Part shown: piece by piece, positions 44,501 through 49,802 of the stretch
Layout of the letters: each line of letters starts with the position of its first letter
Position numbering within the stretch: the first letter of the stretch is position 1
Assembly: GCA_964522405.1 (NCBI GenBank)
Contig: CAZFTR010000008.1
Span: 1 to 49,802, forward strand
Reading direction: 5' to 3'
Source of the DNA: an uncultured Gammaproteobacteria bacterium
Lineage (GTDB): Bacteria > Patescibacteriota > Patescibacteriia > Magasanikbacterales > UBA922
DNA: 49,802 nt
Translations under genes and position numbers: made by a program
The notes under the pieces: generated by a model
The model's input: only the letters and a program-made list of their open reading frames with translations
The model's database searches: none
What the model was told of the DNA's origin: nothing

Positions 44501-47500
44501 TGAAACAGGCGCAGCTTCTTCGGAAATGGCCCCATCAGACGCTCCTGATTCTTCTTCGGCTAGACCTGAAATAACCCCTGCAATAGAAGCAGAGAAAGAG
44601 CTAACCAACGAAGAGAGAGATGCTCTCTTGGATCAGATGACAACTTGGTATCCAAAAATTGGGTTTAATAGAGAGTTGGTACATGACAAAGATAGAAAAT
44701 ATTATATTTCTGATCAAGATTTGCAAAATGTGTTCACAGAAGAAAATGCTAAGAAAATAAAAGATGCAGTATCTCCAGTTGAAAATTTTGTAGATCGAAT
44801 TGCTATTGATTCAAGTGAAAGTTTGGTAAGTCCTATTGGAGATACGATCTATCTTAATGTTAAGACTTGGGAAGAGGATTTACCGGGATTAGTGGCAGAA
44901 GTAGCCGGGATTGCAGATGCTGAAGCTAAAGCTTCGGAAGCGCCTGTTCCGCCACCACCTCCAGAAGCTTCGTCTCTCCCATTACCTTCATTTGCTCCAC
45001 CTCCAGAAGCTCCACCATCTTCGGAGCTAGTTCCACCACCACCAGAAGCAGAAAAAGAATTAACTAAAGAACAAAGGAATGCTCTCTTAGATCAGATGGA
45101 GGTTTGGTATCCAAAAATTAATTTCAGTAGAAGTAATGTTAACAATAAACCAGATGAAGGTTATGTTTCTGACCAAGATTTAATAGCTTTTGCAACAGAA
45201 GAAAATGCTACGAAAATACAAAAATTAGTATCTGAAGTAGAAGACCATTTGAGAGAGATTAAATTTGATTCACGTGATAGTGGATTGGATTCCTCGGGTA
45301 GTGTTTTATTTCTCAATATAAAAACTTGGGAAGAGGATTTGCCAAGATTGGTTGCACAGGTAGCCGGGACTGCAGAGGCTGAAGCTAGAGCTTCGGAAGC
45401 GCCTGTTCCGCCACCACCTCCAGAAGCTCCATCTGCTCCAGAAGCTAAATCCGTCGAAGAAGTTCGTGATCCTTTATTCGAAGAAGCAGTAACAATTGTC
45501 AGAGAAAATAAAAATCCAAGCATTTCATATCTGCAAAGAAGATTAAAGATTGGTTATCAACGTTCAGCAAGAATCATAGAACAAATGGAAAAAGCCGGGA
45601 TTATATCTAGACCCGACGATAAAGGTAGACGACAGATTTTTGATGAGGGAGAAAAAGCAAAAGTTGATCTGGCAGTATCTGAAAAAAAACCTGAAAAATT
45701 ATTTGATATAAGCACAGTTTATGACAAGCTTAGTTTTAGGCCTGCTCATCTTAATAGAGATATACACAATAGGACAACCTTAGAGGATCCTGTTGAAGAG
45801 GATGTTAGAAAAGATTTTGCCACAAAGGAAAATGCCCAAAAAATAAAAGAAGCTTTTGCAGAAGTAGATGAATATATCGGTTATATTCTTATTGTGAATA
45901 GCACGGAAGGTACAAGTTTTAAGACTAAGCAAAGAGAGGCAGATAAATGGAATGTTTTTCTTAATATCAATTCTTGGCAAGAGGATTTATCAAGTTTAGT
46001 AGAAAAAATAAAAGAAGAAATAGCAAAGATTGCAACAGTTTCACCTCCGGTCGCCGAAGCGCCTGCCCCACCAGAGGCTCCATCAGCTCCTGATCCAGAT
46101 ACGCAATTAGAAGAAACGGATTTTGGCTCTCTTCTTGAGGATTCATATCATGACTTGACACCTCCACCAGAAGAATCAAGTCCTGACATTGATTTGGATT
46201 TTGATTTGGTGGATAGTCTTTCTGTTGATGAAACACCACCACCTTCACTTAGACCAGAAGCGCCCCCTTCTCCAAGTCGATTACCAACACCAGAAGCTGA
46301 GCCGTCTGAAGATAGTTTAACCACAGAACAACGTTACTTATTAATGGGTCAACTTCAGGTTTGGTACCCTAAAATTTCTTTTTATGGTAGAGAGGCAAAT
46401 ACACCTGGTGACGCTAATTACATAACCGATCAAGAACTTACAGCTTTTGCCACAGAAGAAAATGCTAGAAAATTGCAAGAAATTTTTGCAGAATCAGAAG
46501 ATTCTATTTTGAAAATTTTTATTATTTCCAGTCAAATTACTAGTGATAGCTCAGTCTTTTTTGGACAAGCTCATATATATTTAAATATAGATACTTGGGA
46601 AGCAGATGCTCGTGCAATTGCAGCAGATATTGAAGCTGAGGTTGGTTCGATGCATGTCTTAAATCCTTTGGATATTCCTCCGGAAAGAGTTGAATTTGAA
46701 GGTGAGCTTACAAAAAGGCAGAGAGAGGATCTAAAAGTACGTATGGTCGGTTGGAATAATAAAGTTAGATTTGAGACTGCAATGAGAGGTGATGCGGATA
46801 TATCTGATCTTGAGTTAGTAAATTTATGTACAGAAGAAAATGCAGAGAGATTAAATAGAATATTTAGTGGTATCATTGATAGAATAGATTTTATTCAATT
46901 TGATACTGGCAGATTTACTTATTTTGGAGGAACAAGTTCAAGGAATAACAAGGTCTATTTAGTGGCTGATGAAAATTGGTTTGAAAGAGCACAAGAACTT
47001 GCAGCGCAGATTAGAAGAAAGGCTGGCTTTCTTCAAATACCTACGGGTGAAACTGGGCATGACAGAAATAAAAGAGAAAAACGTGAATCCTATTTTAACA
47101 AAATGGAGGTAGGTACTGCCAGTGTAGAAATGATTCAAAAAGCAAATTTTTGGACAGATGAAGCTCTTGAGACTTTCTGCACAGATCAGAACTTAACAGC
47201 GATAACTGATTTTGAAGCTGCAAGAGTAGGCGATGATCGCATGGCAGATTTATTGGAAGGAATTAGTGTCATTGCTCCAGATGATGATTGGGCAGATGAG
47301 TCAAGACTTGATGTTAATTTTGATGAGCATCGTCCATATAAAATAATTCTCAAAGCAGGAGATGATATCTCAGCAAAGCTTACAGAATATCAAAGTCATA
47401 TAGCGCGTTTAGAAACAGAAGAGGTTCAGCCAAGGATGGAGAGGGTTAGAAGAATTTTTGAAATGCATGATACTGATTCTAATATTAGTTTTTTTGACAC

Positions 47501-49802
47501 CAATTCACGTGGTTGGGCATTTTCTCAAATTGAGCAATTTCAGCAAGCTCTCAGATCAGGAGAAGTTGAGTCCATTATTCAAGAAGTTTTAGGAGATGAT
47601 AGAAGGCTTTTTGAAGGTCAAATGTCAGTTTTTCCTACTGGTCAGATTGCTGATGCTTCTATCTATGACGGTGGGTATATGTCAATTTCTTTTTCTCTTG
47701 GTAGCGAAGAAGGTTGGCAAGACAATCTTAGATCTTCACTTCAAGAATTAAAAGATCAGTTAAATAGTGATAGAAATAGAGTAGGTGTAAAAGCAGCTCG
47801 TAGAAAATTAGCCAGAACAATGAGGCAGGAAGCAAAAGCAGATGCTAAAAAAACTACAGCCAAATTTCCAGAGGAAATTGGTAGAGGTGGTGAAGTGGTA
47901 GAAGTAGATCAAACAAGCAAAGAGATGAAAGCATACCGAGAGTCACAAAAAGCCTACGCAGCTGTCATTGAACAGATTAATAGTCTTAGATTTGGTGGTG
48001 TGCGTCTTAGAAGAGAGAGAAAAGAATTACAAGAATTATTAGATTTGGTTGGAGAGACTAGATATGCCATGTCAGCTCATCTTCTGGCTCCAAGACTTCT
48101 TGAATTTGATCGAAAGGTTGAAGAAATTATTGCCAGGCTCGAAGGAGTTTCAAGAGAAGATATATATGGAGTAGGTCCACAGGCGCTTAGAAAGAAGACA
48201 GTTCGTGGACGAATGGGTCAGGTTTTGGCTGCTGAAAGAGTTCCAAAAACCACAAAGCAGATTAGAGAGGAAGCAGCCCAGCGCACAACACTTGAGCCAA
48301 AACCAACTATTGGCCAAACAATGGCAGAAGCAGCAAAGGCAGCTGCAGCTGCCACAGCAGCTGCCACAGAAAGAGGATTAGAAAGAGCAGGCGATGCAGC
48401 GGCTGATAAATTCGAAAGAGATTTGAGAGAGACTAAGAGAAGACAAAAAAGAAGAAAACAAGAGTGGCCTGAAAAAGCTAGAGATGCCAAAGAGTGGACT
48501 GGAGAGAAGGCTGTGGCAAGCTGGAAAGGTCTTACATCATTTTTATCCAGAGAAAAGAAAAAAGCAGAGGAAGAATCTGGAGATAGTGGGGCAGAAGTTC
48601 CTACTCCGGTAGAGTCTACAGAAGAGTCCACTTCATTTGCAGACAGATTAGCCAGGCTTCGTGCTAGAATGCAAGAACGCGGTCCTGTTGTACTTCCTCC
48701 TGCTGGTGAGGGGGAGGATGAAGAAAGAGCAGCTGCAATACGCGCCAGACTTCAAGCATTAAGAGGGAGAACTGAACAGCGTGATCCTTTTGCTGTAGCA
48801 CTTGAAGATGGCTATGAAGAAGCAGAAGGAGATCAAGCAGAGGAAGAAGATGATGTTGATGAAAGAGCAGCCATACGCGCCAGACTGGAAGCCTTAAGAA
48901 GAAGATCTGCAGAAACTGGGCCGGAGGAAATGGATGATGCGGGAGTTGAACCGGAAGAAGTGGTTGATGCAGAAGATGAAGACGCTCCTCAAGAAAGAGG
49001 TGGGCTTTTTGGTGATATTGCCAAGTCTTATAGACGAGCCACAGCTAGAGAAGAGGTTGAAATAAGCGATTCTCCTTTGCCGACAGAGCCGGACGAGTCA
49101 GAAAGTAAGAAAAAAGGACCATCGACAGAAAAAGAAAGAAAAGATAGAAGAAATATGGTGATTGCAGGAACTGCCGGATTAACAGCGCTTGCAGGCGGTG
49201 TAATTACTTATCTAGTACTAAAGTCTAGAGCGCGAGAAAAAGAAAAAAGAGAAGCCCAAAGAAGATTGGAAGAACAAATTAGAAGACAGCAAGAAGAAAA
49301 AGAAAAAAGAGAAGCAGAGAGAGAAAGGGATTTGAGAGCTGTGTGGGATACTAGAGAGAAAGCAATTGCTCAAATTATGGTTGCCCACGGTGAAGCAGTG
49401 ATTGAAAAAGGTGATCAGTTTGCCATATCAGATGCAAAAGCACTGATGCACAAAATAAAGCAGGCTGCCATTCGAGATGCTATGTACTATGCATGGGAAC
49501 CTATACATTTAGTTAATTATTTAAATAATTTAATTGATAATAAATCACTTCCGCCACCTTCTTGGTTAAATGACCTAAATATAAACGAAATAGTATATTT
49601 TAATGATATGGATAATTTTACGGAATTTGTTGTGACTAAGCATGGGGCAAATTCAGTAAAAGTTAATCATCAGGGAAAGGTACATTTCTTTTATCATCAG
49701 AATCATGAATTTAATCCCACACTGGAAGGTGGTATAGTAGGAAGGCTGATAGCGGAAAAAGGTCAGGAACCTAGAGAATTTAAGCCTGTTTTTGTTAGGA
49801 TT
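41574..49802 (+). CDS. Giant repeat protein (>=2743 aa, truncated by window end) with embedded FtsK-gamma domain and one TM helix
   Basis: ATG 41574 (MPTSGEQLQREK..), 2 nt after the previous stop; frame open at every segment I translated and at the window end (..EFKPVFVRI); absent from the ORF track, consistent with no stop. Confidence 0.9.
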   Translation, partial: MPTSGEQLQREKFEAAKMEVQKLHRALQDSIDDAEAFRAIFLDLVGEDLNEKFGFFMVGFGSKLESHVRRSETHPQIFKSKRNRELMLSAVKAYVGLSFEDAQKMASTAVPGKALETSESEPDGPAGGKTTKEKEPKDPEQEKKELLQKIKAEWSSVSSDIGFAVTIDQEKEWTLEDLKMLEGQAQIMSDIYSSELGTLVKAEPKNKPVIYLHRASHEAGVYNLTSGGNIEFTVSEGWQDRFKEIAMKYAKWAREIRRKIEDEYKTTHFVKLHRAEEWTAQDLGSVEDQTAMIERLSNQIFGGTTVKRALPLKKSNVKLHIHPSTSTVRTEIKSKNVHFSLADSNLNETELSAIFRKYRDDARAEAGMDPYTEEEEKVEPLEEKRRRIETSYRDNFGGVTIRDIEQWTDEDLSRIDGQSPHARYAYDTVRSSVGVFSSAPKVKIDLFPPSSSETSGLIKEGDKYIIKLVVSGDDWVLGELNVYLEQYKDAVSGGTEAKVVPSAPKAEKGDVVDVDKLKPGTYELVDGAGETKKLSSSEKIRGAIEKLQAKYPILDFAFAGSDVAWGGFDFERFESEKVAQHILEVLAVKMDAVPDSHQIEKVYIYPPQVSLPAAAMISAGKTITMKMGDGWEGRFDDSVDAYLVSIIDEIAPLTEQEVESRKAAMVAEYPKLRFGDSQVGFEESEFRMIARPEVARALARIFEELDEYVEAVVIRPTAESNKAQILMTGSGKANVMIPSTKNWQQAALEMSANLAALTGHESVRRRRAMVAAFPIVDTGAPSARARADQAPEAAPISPPTVAEDLTSTLDETPEAPATPPISPPSAEAAPEVEKPLTEKEREQMIMDIFWPICPLLNDNLETLTDKQFSAFVTKENAQKMKDIFREVQKKMGAIFIYADTTHTVNFFPDTFLGEFDVQLQLSTWEADAKRLAEEIKVAELPKVVKPVRAPAAKPTSSTPRPESASWLDAGFLGSSVETGAASSEMAPSDAPDSSSARPEITPAIEAEKELTNEERDALLDQMTTWYPKIGFNRELVHDKDRKYYISDQDLQNVFTEENAKKIKDAVSPVENFVDRIAIDSSESLVSPIGDTIYLNVKTWEEDLPGLVAEVAGIADAEAKASEAPVPPPPPEASSLPLPSFAPPPEAPPSSELVPPPPEAEKELTKEQRNALLDQMEVWYPKINFSRSNVNNKPDEGYVSDQDLIAFATEENATKIQKLVSEVEDHLREIKFDSRDSGLDSSGSVLFLNIKTWEEDLPRLVAQVAGTAEAEARASEAPVPPPPPEAPSAPEAKSVEEVRDPLFEEAVTIVRENKNPSISYLQRRLKIGYQRSARIIEQMEKAGIISRPDDKGRRQIFDEGEKAKVDLAVSEKKPEKLFDISTVYDKLSFRPAHLNRDIHNRTTLEDPVEEDVRKDFATKENAQKIKEAFAEVDEYIGYILIVNSTEGTSFKTKQREADKWNVFLNINSWQEDLSSLVEKIKEEIAKIATVSPPVAEAPAPPEAPSAPDPDTQLEETDFGSLLEDSYHDLTPPPEESSPDIDLDFDLVDSLSVDETPPPSLRPEAPPSPSRLPTPEAEPSEDSLTTEQRYLLMGQLQVWYPKISFYGREANTPGDANYITDQELTAFATEENARKLQEIFAESEDSILKIFIISSQITSDSSVFFGQAHIYLNIDTWEADARAIAADIEAEVGSMHVLNPLDIPPERVEFEGELTKRQREDLKVRMVGWNNKVRFETAMRGDADISDLELVNLCTEENAERLNRIFSGIIDRIDFIQFDTGRFTYFGGTSSRNNKVYLVADENWFERAQELAAQIRRKAGFLQIPTGETGHDRNKREKRESYFNKMEVGTASVEMIQKANFWTDEALETFCTDQNLTAITDFEAARVGDDRMADLLEGISVIAPDDDWADESRLDVNFDEHRPYKIILKAGDDISAKLTEYQSHIARLETEEVQPRMERVRRIFEMHDTDSNISFFDTNSRGWAFSQIEQFQQALRSGEVESIIQEVLGDDRRLFEGQMSVFPTGQIADASIYDGGYMSISFSLGSEEGWQDNLRSSLQELKDQLNSDRNRVGVKAARRKLARTMRQEAKADAKKTTAKFPEEIGRGGEVVEVDQTSKEMKAYRESQKAYAAVIEQINSLRFGGVRLRRERKELQELLDLVGETRYAMSAHLLAPRLLEFDRKVEEIIARLEGVSREDIYGVGPQALRKKTVRGRMGQVLAAERVPKTTKQIREEAAQRTTLEPKPTIGQTMAEAAKAAAAATAAATERGLERAGDAAADKFERDLRETKRRQKRRKQEWPEKARDAKEWTGEKAVASWKGLTSFLSREKKKAEEESGDSGAEVPTPVESTEESTSFADRLARLRARMQERGPVVLPPAGEGEDEERAAAIRARLQALRGRTEQRDPFAVALEDGYEEAEGDQAEEEDDVDERAAIRARLEALRRRSAETGPEEMDDAGVEPEEVVDAEDEDAPQERGGLFGDIAKSYRRATAREEVEISDSPLPTEPDESESKKKGPSTEKERKDRRNMVIAGTAGLTALAGGVITYLVLKSRAREKEKREAQRRLEEQIRRQQEEKEKREAERERDLRAVWDTREKAIAQIMVAHGEAVIEKGDQFAISDAKALMHKIKQAAIRDAMYYAWEPIHLVNYLNNLIDNKSLPPPSWLNDLNINEIVYFNDMDNFTEFVVTKHGANSVKVNHQGKVHFFYHQNHEFNPTLEGGIVGRLIAEKGQEPREFKPVFVRI
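45468..45641 (+). other. FtsK gamma (winged-helix, KOPS-reading) domain within the giant ORF, aa ~1299-1356
   Basis: DPLFEEAVTIVRENKNPSISYLQRRLKIGYQRSARIIEQMEKAGIISRPDDKGRRQIF. Confidence 0.88.

Noticed and set aside
41852-48631. Many minus-strand ORFs and an apparent gene desert on the plus strand
   Set aside because: All are shadows of the single plus-strand ORF starting at 41574
41574-49802. Stop-codon reassignment (code 25) as the reason no ORF was called
   Set aside because: The frame appears open under code 11, and TGA ends genes normally at 20344 and 39217

Overview
AT-rich chromosomal window from a Patescibacteria/CPR bacterium. The Parcubacteria-like assignment is inferred from gene content, pilin-anchored giant proteins, the long tmRNA tag and core genes without Shine-Dalgarno (SD) sites; genetic code 11. 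Left part: hisS, rpsU and yqeY, two VirB2/TrbC-type pilin-anchored surface proteins (691 aa and 4170 aa), three Ca-binding TSP3-repeat proteins, ybeY-dgkA-ftsA-ftsZ, nrdR, pyk and a ppsA with an extra membrane-anchored C-terminal domain. Middle (about 29.6-35.6 kb): a variable region around tRNA-Asp with repeated copies of the tRNA 3' end, palindromic elements and three GC-rich mini transcription units. Each unit has a native-looking sigma70 promoter and a strong SD; two have a perfect 10-bp 5'UTR/3'UTR complementarity. The region also holds a ~100-nt hairpin sRNA candidate behind a perfect TTGACA-17-TATAAT promoter, whose apical loop carries the anti-SD sequence CCUCCUU. Right part: rplT-rpmI, infC, tmRNA, smpB, membrane proteins and a >2740-aa ORF missing from the ORF track because it runs off the window. 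That ORF has repeats I do not recognise, an embedded FtsK-gamma DNA-binding domain and one TM helix. Best candidate for a new system: the GC-rich, SD-led, end-paired mRNA units together with the anti-SD-loop sRNA in a genome whose core genes mostly lack SD sites. All domain calls are motif recognition by eye; no searches were run.
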